42,013 nt of DNA, taken from positions 14,404,423 through 14,446,435 of the forward strand of contig NC_068981.1 in NCBI RefSeq assembly GCF_001194135.2, given 5' to 3'. The notes beneath the pieces were generated by a model. The model was not told the origin of the DNA, ran no database searches, and saw only the letters and a list, made by a program, of their open reading frames with translations. The translations under genes were made by a program, and so were the position numbers. The DNA is from Octopus bimaculoides (lineage: Eukaryota). Shown here piece after piece: positions 23,596-35,730 of the stretch (its first letter is position 1; every line of letters starts with the position of its first letter).

Positions 23596-23732
23596 TATAT
23601 TGCGAGCAGAGGACTGAAATCCTAGCGATGGGAGCAGCACACCAGTCTGGTTTCGGGCTAATTCTGCCTCTCTTCAGTACTGGCCACCTCGTTTGCTAGA
23701 GATTGCAGTAGGTCGCTTCTGATCGCAATATA
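23596..23732 (-). ncRNA. Type I hammerhead ribozyme fold with long extended helix I
   Basis: Minus strand reads TATATTGCGA-T-CAGA-..-ACTG-C-AATC-T-CTAGC-AAACGA-GGTGG-C-CAGTA [CTGAAGA] G-A-GGC-AGAATTA-GCC-C [GAA] ACCAG-A-CTGGT [G] TGCTG-CTC-CCATC-GCTAG-GATT-T-CAGT-CC-TCTG-C-TCGCAATATA. Core CUGANGA is at 23671-23677 and GAAA at 23651-23654. All three helices pair by eye. Position 17 (23640) is G. Confidence 0.85.
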
Positions 23733-24891
23733 TATAAATTCCAGCGACACATAGTCGCTGATTTTGCAACAAGCAAAACAGCTAGTTCTAAAATCTCTCT
23801 ACGAGATGAAAGCATATATATATATATACATTCACACCTTGATGAGAGATACTTAGGACTTAATTAAAGGGATGTAAACACAGAAATAAGAGAAAATATT
23901 AAATTTCTTTGAGTCATTGCTATTCGTTATCTTAAAATATATTAATAAATTTCCATCTTCAAGAATATCCACACGTGATGATATTTTTAACAAAAAATAT
24001 ATTAACTGTAGTGTAAAATAGCAAGATCAATAGATACCTTTTTTTTAAGTTAAAAGAATAAAAAATTCATATATTTCTTATTATCAGTATTAAGTTATTT
24101 GGAAACACTTTGGTGTCTATGCCTTTCATTTCGCATACAAGACATTATAAGTAGATTTTAGGATGTTAATCTATTAATCTATTATCAGTGAAATCATTTC
24201 CGACTTCACTAGCTTCCTGTAATCGGTCTAAATTTATGTGATCTAAAACTTAATGGTGAAAGAACCATTGTATTCATATATATACCATTATACTATATGT
24301 GTGTGTGTGTGTTTGTGAGATGACAGCTGCCCCATCAACACACCCACCACACTCCATCACACAGTGCAACCATTCTGTTGATGAGCCCTTACATGACTCT
24401 TAAGACCAGATGCTGACTGACAGGGTAAAACACAAGTAACAGATATTATTTAAGTTTCTTCTACAACTTTGACCTTTGGAATCTGATTCTGAAGGAATGT
24501 TTTTGTGAACTAGCTTATATCTTTTTAAGTCCAGATATTGTTTTACAACTTTTTTTGACATATTACACATACATTCATGGTACTAATAAGAAGGTCCGCC
24601 CATTTGTTTAATAGATTTATTATTATTTCCAATCTTCCCGCGAATGGAATTAAATAGTCGTAGAACCTTTGCACTAAGAAAGCTATCTAGTTCACGCAAC
24701 ATGAGAATCAGATTGAAGTATAGTGAACTAAATGCTGAATTATATAAATTTTTTTCATCTGCCTACCGGGCATACTTCGTCCTGACACACTTGTGTGTGG
24801 GGTGTGTTCTGCGTGTAATTTATGTATTTGTATATGTATGCACGTGCATGTGACAGAAGACTCCATTCCCGAATAATATAAATATAATATT

Positions 24892-25095
24892 GATTTGAAA
24901 ATTTGGCTCATGTCCAGCAAGCTCAGAGGAGTTGGTGTGTCAATTACGACCCCAGTGCTTAATTGAATATAATTCTATCGACTCCGAAATGATGAAAGGC
25001 AAAGACGAACTTGGCAGGATTTGAATTCAGGACACAAGGACAGACGAAATGCAGCCAACCATTTTACCCCAAGCAACCACTTCTGCCAGCTCACT
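24892..25095 (-). mobile_element. Diverged SINE family C
   Basis: CGACCCCAGTGC...TATCGACTCCGAAATGATGAAAGGCAAAG...GGATTTGAATTCAG is collinear with 15497-15580. Confidence 0.8.
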
Positions 25096-26794
25096 ATCCC
25101 AATAAAAATATAATATTGAGAAACGAGGTATAGTGATACCTTATTATGACAAGAGTACATTAATTATAACTATTATTCTATCTCTCAGAATGTACGGCAT
25201 CCATTTTAACCCAGTCACTAAAGAGAAAATTTATATTAAAATAGATAGAATAAAATGTCGAGAAACGTTGCCGAAAAAACTTCTTGGAAATAATCCATGC
25301 ATATTTCTTTAACTAAAACACTTCTATTATGTTCATACGTATTTAAGTATGGAAAATTATTATAAATCGAAGGCTTTATCACGAATGTCTGATTTATAAA
25401 AAAATATTGTTCATCATAAATATGTAAACATTCTGCATTGAAAAACTTAATTTCTTTCATACTAAGTTGTTGTAGTCTTTATCTAGAGGCAATGATTGGA
25501 AAAATCTATGAAGCTTATACTGACTATAGTTAACAAGGATTTTGCAAAGAAAAAAAACTGCTGAGCGGAATATTCTTTTCCAAACGAAAATATCTTGATT
25601 AAAAATTCCATCTCATACAATGCGTATAAATCATAATAATCTTCATTTTAAAAATCCAGTGCAGTGTCTAGATTTAACCTCTTTCTTTTATACAAATATA
25701 TGATGTGTTCATACTTCAACAACCGATTCCGTCGTTTGCGTTAATATCTGATTATGTTTAGGATAAGATCTTTGCAACTATAAATGATCACACAATATTT
25801 TTCTTGATTGAGATATTTATAAATGATTGATATTTGAAGGTTGCGAACTCATTAGATGAAAATAAAGATAAATGATATAGTGTTAGAGAGGGAGATGTAT
25901 ATTCAAACTGACTTGATAAAAAGGAATGTAAATGAGAGCAAACTGAAAGAACCGTATTATTTTAGGATACGATAAGTGGGACAAAATAGTGTATTCGCAT
26001 AAAAGATATAAATTTCTACTGAAGAAAATATAAATAACCAGTGCATTGTATGAAAAAAAGGGTAACGTTATTGAATGAATTTCAAATAAATCAAAAATAC
26101 ATTCTTCTATGAAATTGGAAAAGCGTAATTGAAATTGGGGAGCAATTCAAGTTTTATCGAATATTAATCTATTACGAGGGAGAAGAATTTCAAGAGAATG
26201 AAATATCTTGAACTGTTAAAGAATTGCAATCTTTTATGTATAATGAGACGGTAATTTATCATTAACTTCCTTTAAATTAAAGCAAATAAAACAGAATTGA
26301 ATATTGATGATCTAATAGTTCCCCAAACATAAAAGAACAAAAAATTTCAAAAATGTTTTTATCAATATTAGATCGAAGAGATATGGGTTATTTTTTAAAA
26401 CTTTTACTTCTAATTGTCCTAAATGTCGATAATCTTGTCTCGGGTAGATATTTTCTTTACTTGAATAAGTTTATATGTTTAGAAATATGTAGCTTTACTC
26501 CATTATTGTCTACCGTTTTCGCCTGGAGAAACTAATAAATAGTAACCCATTAACAAACACCAAACACATAATATATCCATATGTGTACGTTGCTCTTCCC
26601 CCCTTCTTTCTTTTTTCTGTATGGTGTGTGTATGCATACATATATACATACATATCTACATAAATACATATGTGTGTTTGTGTGTGTGTATTATATTGGA
26701 AGTCACTATCAGCTATTTCCTTGTAAGTATAAATATGGACTCTGTGCTGTGTCAAATAATCATTTAATTTATCTTGACATCAGAACAAACAGTA

Positions 26795-26812
26795 CACGTG
26801 TATGTGTGTGTA

Positions 26813-26850
<38 letters not shown>

Positions 26851-26878
26851 TGTGTGTGTGCGTGCGTGCGTGCGTGTG
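26795..26878. repeat. (TG)n/(CGTG)n compound microsatellite
   Basis: Direct reading. Confidence 0.92.
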
Positions 26879-29428
26879 ATACGTACATATAATTAGGACT
26901 CCATTTTCCTTGTTGCGATTTACAAGTATACATCTCGGCTATGTGAACAGTTGCTGTAGCAAAACCTGTTGCCTAACAAAAATTTCCAAGTGAAAACTTT
27001 GTCAGTTGAACAAAACGCCAAATTAGATAGGTGAACGCCGGCACACCTTCTATCCCGCCTTTCTCGGCACTAGTGCAATTTATGGCTTTTGATCACTGTG
27101 CTGTTTTTTTTTTCTCTTATTACAGGCGAACGTTAACGAGGCATAACAGAATGCTTTCCTCTTCCATTTGTTTCGTAGGAAAATGACCTCCCGCTTTTGC
27201 GAATTCCAGATTAACGAACGATAATTAGGAAATTACAAATGAAGTACCATGCCGAGGACTCCATTTGCGTATATGTTTTACACACACACACACACACACA
27301 CACGCACGCATGTGTGGGCAAGTGTTTTGGTGTACCTATGTGTATTTGTGTATCTATGCATGTGTGCTGTACTTATGTATGTCCGCCTATCTATTGAGAT
27401 ACGTAGTACACTGAATAATTAAAATTATCTGAAGGAAAAATGACCACCACTGTTCATTTGATATATATCATGTTATAAATATATTCTCTGTCTCTTTTGG
27501 TTAAGTACGTTTTGTAAGTTTATTTCCTCTCGGGAATGTCTCAAAGATGATTTTCAGTCTCATTCAGAAAATAATAAGGAAAACAGCCAGCAGGAACAAA
27601 ATGTTACAAGAATGTTATTCTGACTTTATGTACGGCAGTATACATACATTAAAGTACATAATATATACTGGAACTTGCTAGTTGTAGGAACAGATAAAAA
27701 CAATTAAACACATTATCTGAAGTTATCTTCATGAGAATATGACTTGAAATAATCGTATCTAAACTGCCTGACTGTCAATTTCAAATACACATCGTTCTTT
27801 AGAACTGTTCTTATATATAACTAATGTATATTGTTCACGTGGCACCTTTTGTAGAATGCACATGCTTTCTGACCTATTTTACTGGTTGCAGTTGTTATGC
27901 CAACTACTTAATGAATTTTGAGAATATACTGCACAATATAGCCATTTCATTTTAGGGCGCATAATTACTGAAACTATCCCTCATATCAAGGAAGTTTTAC
28001 AACTTATATTTTCTAGCTACGAACGAACGTACGACGTTATTCACAGTCTATCATTGTTACCCATCAGTCTATTTAATACGTGTACACACCACAATTGTAT
28101 GCTAAGTGCTATGAATTTTCCTCAGTACTTTAATGTAGATAAATTGATAACACATTGTACAACATCAGATAGAACTGAGGGAATTACATACTTATTGCAA
28201 TGTATTAATACCAATCTTATCTCAGGCAAACATTCTAACAAAAATAGAAATATTAACACACATGGGTAGTTATTTAGTATGAAGAAATCGGCAATACCTA
28301 CAGCTGCATTAAAATTCGAAAACGTACATAACACTCCTCACACGATACAAAATACTAATAGCATCCATACAAACCTACAGAAGAAAGCTAGATTAAACAA
28401 AATAAACTTTTGTCACAGGAGACAGTGTTTTCGTATTTTAATGGGTAAAAAGAGAAGTAGTAAATTCACATCTTCGTGAGTGCATTAACTTCATAAGTGA
28501 AGAATATTCATGCAGGAATTGAAATTGTTTATGAATACGGCTGAGTAGCACTCACCATACGCACGGAATAATACATTGTCAGAAAATTGATTTTCTTTTT
28601 TTTAGTAGAAAGAAAAATCGTTCCTCATACATAGCCATCCTCAGCTGTTTGGAGCAGTGAATGCACGAACACACATACACACACACAAACGCAAAATCTT
28701 GTAAAATATAGGTAAATGAAAAGTCGGTTGAAAAAGTTTGTTAGTGAAATTCTATTTTCATTTCAACGGGGAATTAAAAAGATGTTTTTCGGGTTTTATC
28801 TTAAACATACCATAAACACTGCACTATACGAAAAATAATACAAAAAAAAAAGAGATACTTAAGTTCGTTATCTAACAGTACAGACTCTTATAAACGAGAA
28901 TACAAATATACAAACCGAACAATTTATATATTAACGGCAATGCTACGTTTCCCTTCCAACTTTTTTTTTTCTAACTACATATAAAGATTACTATTTGCTC
29001 GTTAATTTCAAGATAGAATTCTAAATAATAAATAGAAAACACTTCAAGGATTATTAGCAATTATATCTTAGTCCAATTCCTCAATGAAATGTTGTTTCAT
29101 TTCTCCACAAACTAACGATGCCCCTAGGTTTCATCACAGTTGGTTATAAACAAAAACACATACGTAAATGTAAATTAGACATTCATTAAAATTTTGAAAA
29201 CTTGAATATAAAGAGAATATGACATGTACTTGCATTCAGAAATATGAAGATACATATTAAAGTACCTAGATATGTCCCTAAAGTGAGAGATCAAAACTCC
29301 ACAGGATGAATAAACTGAATAACAGTCAAATATTAATGAGTAAAATATTAATGATAATTCAAATCATTGCATCCTTCCAATATGCAATTCATATTCTTTT
29401 TAATATTAGCAATCATCAACTTGGAAAA

Positions 29429-29520
29429 TTGGCGGAAAATTTAGCAAGCCAAGCAAAATGCTTTCTGGCTAATTGTGTGTCTTTAAGTTCCGCTGAGGCC
29501 GACTTTGACTTTCATCCTTG
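29429..29520 (+). mobile_element. SINE family C 5' fragment
   Basis: AAGTTCCGCTGAGGCCGACTTTGACTTTCATCCTT matches AAATTCCGCCGAGGTCGACTTTGCCTTTCATCCTT. Confidence 0.65.
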
Positions 29521-29593
29521 CAAGCAATACGGTGATGCTTGCACAGCGTCAAAATTTGAAACTAATATTAATTATCATTGTTTATAAGTAGAT

Positions 29594-29773
29594 AATGGCG
29601 GCGAGCTTAGAGAATCGCTCGATAGTCGGTAAAAAATGAGTTGCGACATTTTTTATGCTTGTTTGGGTACGGATTTTAAACTCTGCCCTTTTTCTTTCAA
29701 TGCTCTACAAATACAGCACCAGTCGTGCAATACGTCGATAGTAATGTCTGGCCCCCTTCTCTGAATTGTTGGC
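29594..29773 (+). mobile_element. Highly decayed SINE family C
   Basis: Head AATGGCGGCGAGCTTAGAGAATCG resembles AAGGCGGTGAGCTAGCAGAAACG. The downstream match is weak. Confidence 0.4.
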
Positions 29774-31185
29774 ATTTTTCCTAAACTATATGTCATTAAA
29801 TGCGGGATATCGGAAACAAAATGAGAAGCGAAAGGAAATATATAAATTAGTGAGAAGAAAATATTAGTTCTAATGAAGATAAATAGATATTGTCACAGTT
29901 CATAAATGATAAAAATGAAGAAATATGAGGCAACAAAAGTAAAAAAAAAAAAAAAAAAGACGTGTTATTTCGCACCGAATCTTAATAAACGAAGCTAATT
30001 CAGCAGAAAACCAAAAAAATATGAAAAGAAAAAAAAAATAGTATCTATATTAAAAATATTGAAAACGAAGTAATAAAGAATAATATATGTAAAATGAAAA
30101 TATATACGACATCTCAATATTGCAACAACAAAGAAAATTGAAAAAAATCTCACAATGGATTATATGAAAAAGATATTGGGGAAAATGCAAGACATAGATA
30201 TTATTTATCTTATTAAATTTCTCATAGCATACAAATAGAGAAATACCCACAGCGTATTGCAATTATCTGTTAACGTTTTCTAGTTTAATGTATTTTAATA
30301 GTTGTTTTATATTGGTTGTTTTATACTTTTGCCCCTATAGCGACACTTCTTTACAAAGCTTGTGTTTCATTCATGCATATTTGTATGTATTATATTACAT
30401 ACTCGTATTATCAAAAAAAAAATTATCAAACTTGCACTTATATATATTCTGCACTTATTAACTGGCTTTCAAAAGCCAATAGAAAAGTGCACGAATCATT
30501 ATTTCTGAATGGTAATGAGATTTTATAAGTACCACCTGTTTTACCTACGCATTGCGACATTACATTTAATTTCAAAGATATAAGATACTGCAATGAAAAA
30601 TTACTAGTTTAGTTCCTTCTCCTATCATCTTCTTTTGGTATAAATATATGCAATTATATTTTGTGTTTATTATGAAACAAGAAAAACCGAAATTCCCAGA
30701 CAAATGCATATATGTATATACGCTGATCTATTGCGAAATCTGCAGTTACTCTATCCAGGTTAACTATTCAAGTTTAAACCTGTTATTTTTGGGGCCCTGA
30801 GATAGGTAATACACTACCTAAAGATCAATCTTGAGAAATTAGTCTTATCGGAACCAGAAAGGTGAAATTTAATTCGAAGACTTCAGATCCAAACCATCAA
30901 TAAAACTGTAAAATTATGTAAAACTTTCCAGAATTTTATCATTTAAATATATATGAGCATGTCTAGATATGCAACTATATGCATAAGAATACATATATAA
31001 AGCAAAACATAAATCTACATATAAACATACAAACAAACAAACAAAAATACACTGTTGATGTTGAAATTCCAATAACGGAGCCTTGGATCTAGATTAGAAG
31101 CCGACTCTTTCTCTACTGGCAAGAAATCTTGAAATAAAACTGAACAGTAACATACAAACATATATACATACATATATGTGTATGC

Positions 31186-31187
<2 letters not shown>

Positions 31188-31237
<50 letters not shown>
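31188..31237. repeat. (GA)n microsatellite
   Basis: Direct reading. Confidence 0.96.
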
Positions 31238-31240
<3 letters not shown>

Positions 31241-31362
31241 AACAATGAAGCCATCAAAGAAATAGACAACGGAGGAGGGGCAATATTTTTGTTTATTATA
31301 TGACGAGTTTACAGCTTAAAAAAGAGAAAGGGTTTCGAACTCACATCTAAGATCAGAAAATA

Positions 31363-31584
31363 CCTAAAGTTCCACAAGGCTCCGGCAGGGGATAGTGGCG
31401 AACCCTGCTGTACACTTTCACCCCAACTTCCTCTTACTCTTTCTTCCTGTTTATGTTGTGCCTGTATTTCAAAGAGCCAGCCTTGTCACACACTGTGTCA
31501 CGCCGAATCTCCCCGAGAACTACGTTAAGGGTACACATGTCTGTGGAGTGCTCAGCCACTTGCACGTTAATTTCACGGAGTGCC
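31363..31584 (+). mobile_element. SINE-related repeat sharing the 3' module of family B
   Basis: 31455-31584 aligns closely to the reverse complement of about 5737-5913 (GTTGTxCCTGTATTTCAAAG...GCTCAGCCACTTGCACGTTAATTTCACG). The sequence upstream of 31455 differs, and the left boundary is approximate. Confidence 0.8.
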
Positions 31585-33014
31585 AACATGAAATCGATGA
31601 ACGAGTTGGATATGCGTACGCTAAGCGTACGTACAGGTCTTAAGAATATTTTTGTTAGTAGTTTGTAATCAAGTGGGGAATTTCCATTATATTTGTGCAA
31701 CATAATACCTTTATGTTGTCAATAATTCAGGTAATATGTTTGGCGATCAGTAGAGAATTTAAGGCCATACATTATACCTTCCCCCACCAATACTTATACT
31801 AATTAAATTTCACAGAGGTTGTGTGTGCTAATCACTTTATCGTGTTAGCTGCGTAGGAACAAAGTATTGAATCATAAAAGGAAAACAATGAAATGGCGTG
31901 CACATTTCGTTATTACTCGATTTATAAGCCTGTTGCAGCTAATAAAGTTCCTGAAGGTGACCAACGAACACACGATACATGGTATTTTAATATTCATTCA
32001 AACAAATTATCCAAAGATTATCAAACAACGTCAAGTGTTTTAATATAGTAATTCTTTATAGTTATATAGATTTGTGCATTGTAACATAGTCATCTTCTGT
32101 CCGATGCTAATGTCTTTGTAATTCAAAATTTGAGATAATAGCAGGCAATAAGCAAGTATGGTAATTTGAAGATATAAATTCAGAGGCAGTGTTTGCTGGT
32201 TGCATTATTTGTTCAAAAGAGTTTTTCTCATATTAAAGATACGTCTAATTCAACGCTTGAAATACTTCCAAATATATTTATCGGATGTACGTGTGTAGTG
32301 AGCGTTGAATATTTGATTTTTTTAACAATAATTATCTTTATATTTATACGTTAGAATATGGTTCAGTGATGAAATAAAATGATACAACAACACGTCTCCG
32401 TGACTTACAAAGATATTACTCATAGAGGTGAGCATATCTCTAATTCCAAATGAAGACAATTTAAAGCTTGGTAACTCTCCTGTGTCTCCTCGAGAAGAAT
32501 TGCTTTTAACACTAATTTTTTTTTTTTTGGTTTCTATATGTTGATAATTTCATTTAAAATTAATCAAGTAACATTAGCAGACGGCATCCTGCACATTTCA
32601 TTTATAAAACTTAGCAAACTACTTAAATTAAAAATTACCTGGTTCTATTAAAGCATTTTTTATCTCCTGCTTCATCAGCAATAACTAAACAGAATGAAAC
32701 TTCTACTGCAATAGATGTAGTCTTTTGCAGATTGTAGGGACACACAAATATAATTGAATACGCACAACAAACCAGCAACACAATTGTGCTTACACATATC
32801 GTTTTGAACAAGAGAAAGCTCTTCTACTGTGTACTGATATTCAGATTGTCATGAGAAGAATGCTCATGGCAGAATATATGCCAACGAAGCTCTTCAGCTA
32901 ACGATGAACTTGAGTAAGTTAATCATCGTTATTTCTAATAAATAGTACGTTTTGCTCTAATTTTGAGTGAACATTGCAAATATCTTGTTTTATTGATGTT
33001 TGTTTGATTTAGTT

Positions 33015-33463
33015 ACTCTTTACTCCTTTACCCTTTCACTTGTTTCAGTCATTTGACTGCGGCCATGCTGGAGCAACGCCTTTTGTCGAGCAAATCGACC
33101 CCAGGACTTATTCTTTGGAAGCCTAGTACTTATTCTGTCGGTCTCTTTTGAAGAAACGCTAAGTTACGCAGACGTAAACACACCAGCATCGGTTGTCAAG
33201 CGACGTTGGGGAGACAAACACATACACACACACACACACCCACACACACACACACACGCACACACACGCACACACACGCATATATGTACATAAATATATA
33301 TGTATATGCGACGGGCTTCTTTCAGCTTCCGTCTACCAAATCCACTCACAAGGCTTTGGTCGGCCGAGGCTATAGAAGAAGACACTTGCCCAACGTATCA
33401 CGCAGTGGGACTGAACCCAGAACCATGAGGCCGGTAGGCAAGCTACTTATCACACAGCCACTC
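33015..33463 (-). mobile_element. Full-length SINE family A
   Basis: Same head, internal microsatellite and tail as 8471-8871, with a short AAAGGGT/AAAGAGT-like repeat tail. Confidence 0.9.
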
Positions 33464-34131
33464 TTGTGAGGCAATTGAAAAGTTATTTGAGAAAAATATA
33501 ATTTCGGCTACAACAGTAAGACAAGTTATTCGTTTGTGCATGAATGCTTGAATGATCCTAAAATCACTTCTGAGATTATTTACATTTCAGATAATTCATG
33601 CCGTATGAAATCTTAAAATGGCTTAAGTTTATACAAATGAATTTATATTAACTGAATATAGTTGAATCAGCTTTATCATAAAAGTATCATTCATGTATTA
33701 TAATTCTTTAAAATAACAAAACGATGTAGTAATCATAATAATATCAAATCAAATTTGCATGAAATTTAGTGCGAATCCTGAAAAATGATGTAAATTAAAG
33801 CTTATTCATAATTCCTAATAACGTATTATTATGTCTTATTTACAGCAAACTACTTCAATTTAATCCTTTCGGGATATTCTAAATTTTATCTACAATTTTA
33901 TATCGATAAATAATTGAACGTGAAATGAAGTTCATAAATCAAAATAATTTCCTTAATAAACTCCCCAACCTTACACCATTATTAGGAAAGAATCTTGGCG
34001 TTGTTGCCATTAAGATATCGAAGAGTTCAGGGATTGACATATATGCATTAATTTAAAATTACAAGTATCTGTGAACACTCTTCCCGTATCCTGTCTCTTC
34101 CCCATCTCTTTGATATATATATATATATATA

Positions 34132-34465
34132 NNNNNNNNNNNNNNNNNNNNNNNNNNNNNNNNNNNNNNNNNNNNNNNNNNNNNNNNNNNNNNNNNNNNN
34201 NNNNNNNNNNNNNNNNNNNNNNNNNNNNNNNNNNNNNNNNNNNNNNNNNNNNNNNNNNNNNNNNNNNNNNNNNNNNNNNNNNNNNNNNNNNNNNNNNNNN
34301 NNNNNNNNNNNNNNNNNNNNNNNNNNNNNNNNNNNNNNNNNNNNNNNNNNNNNNNNNNNNNNNNNNNNNNNNNNNNNNNNNNNNNNNNNNNNNNNNNNNN
34401 NNNNNNNNNNNNNNNNNNNNNNNNNNNNNNNNNNNNNNNNNNNNNNNNNNNNNNNNNNNNNNNNN
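34132..34465. other. Assembly gap (N)
   Basis: N run flanked by (TA)n. Confidence 0.98.
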
Positions 34466-34499
<34 letters not shown>

Positions 34500-35261
34500 A
34501 TATGAGATGGGAGATAATTTCGAAGAGATACTGTGAAAGAAAAGGCATGCAAATTGAAAGTGCATTCACAATCTGTTGTAAATTGGCGGTAATTTCACAG
34601 TTGCGCATATAGAAAAGTTGATCACCTGAAATTATCAGCGTTAACGATTTAGTTAGAAACAGAAATACATCAAGCCAAAAATATTAAGACAATCCCCCCG
34701 AAACTAAGAAAGCGTGCATTAGGAAGAAGTTTAAAAGAATAGTGCATTTCAAAATGGTATTTTCGATTGATTTACCCACGGTGAACGAGACAAGAAAGAA
34801 AAAGAAAATGTTAATTGATAATGAACAGAAAGGTATTTAACAGAAATTTGGGTGGATGAAGAGATGAAAATGTAAATAATATGGGCTTGACTTAAAAATG
34901 CATTTGATACTAAGTGACTGAATGTTTGAGTATTAAAATGAATCATAATCAACTGGTATTTGTAATGTTCTGCACGGAGAAACATGACATTATCTACTTT
35001 GAAATCAAAAAGAAGCAAATCCGACTCTAAAATAAATGTTAATTGAAAGCTGTAAAGTGTCACATTATCTATTACTCTTTAGAATCAGGTAAAAAAAAAT
35101 ATATACCTCATTATATTCTGATACTGGAATGTGCTCTTTTTAAAAAAGACAAAATCACTGAATTTGTTGCACACATATATTGAAAGCAATAAAAAAGCAA
35201 CTGGCTCTTGAGTGCTAAAAGGAATGCTAATTGGTGCAGTTTGATTAGTTTTCCAACAAGA

Positions 35262-35580
35262 ATTGAAGTCACCAAGACCCTGGTGACTTAGATCCTTCTG
35301 CATGGGTGTGAGAGCTGGATTCTCACATCAGATATGGAGCTACGAATACAGGAATTTAACCACAAGTCTTTCAGAAAGCTACTACACATCCTTTATACAG
35401 AAAAGGAACAGCTTTGGCAGACAGCAAGTCAACAAGTCCGCTGGTAAACAGGAACAACGCCTTGTACAAGTAAAAAGACAAAAGCTTGCTTGGAACGGTC
35501 AAGTATCTCGTCACAACTCGCCACCCAAAACCATTCTTAAGGGCACATATTAAGGAGGGCAGAAGAAAGGCAGAACAAAT
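35262..35580 (+). mobile_element. RTE-clade LINE fragment (RT C-terminal region), frameshifted
   Basis: Joining two frames gives ILLHGCESWILTSDMELRIQEFNHKSFRKLLHILYTEK / NSFGRQQVNKSAGKQEQRLVQVKRQKLAWNGQVSRHNSPPKTILKGTY*GGQKKGR. This is the typical RTE pattern LLYGCESW...KLxWxGHVxR...ILxGxxxGxRxRGR. Confidence 0.9.
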
Positions 35581-35602
35581 CCTGTACTCTGCAAGTTTAA
35601 TG

Positions 35603-35730
35603 AAGAACTTTGCGATGTGAATTCGTAGTTTTGGTTTCTAACCCACTGTGAAGCATGTTTGGAAAGTAAATTTTACTACATCCTCATGTTCATCAAAGCC
35701 TTATGTAAGGAATTTGACATGAGGAAAATA
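35603..35730 (+). mobile_element. Old SINE family A 5' fragment
   Basis: Collinear degenerate blocks AAGAACTTTGC, CCCACTGTG, TTTTACTAC and CAAAGCCTTATG...GAATTTG. Confidence 0.55.

Noticed and set aside
27085-27200. Strong plus-strand splice acceptor TTTTTTTTTTCTCTTATTACAG at 27125
   Set aside because: All frames close within about 60 nt and there is no good donor. It could be noncoding but cannot be supported.
30730-30890. Possible very old SINE C remnant
   Set aside because: The similarity is too patchy to support by eye.
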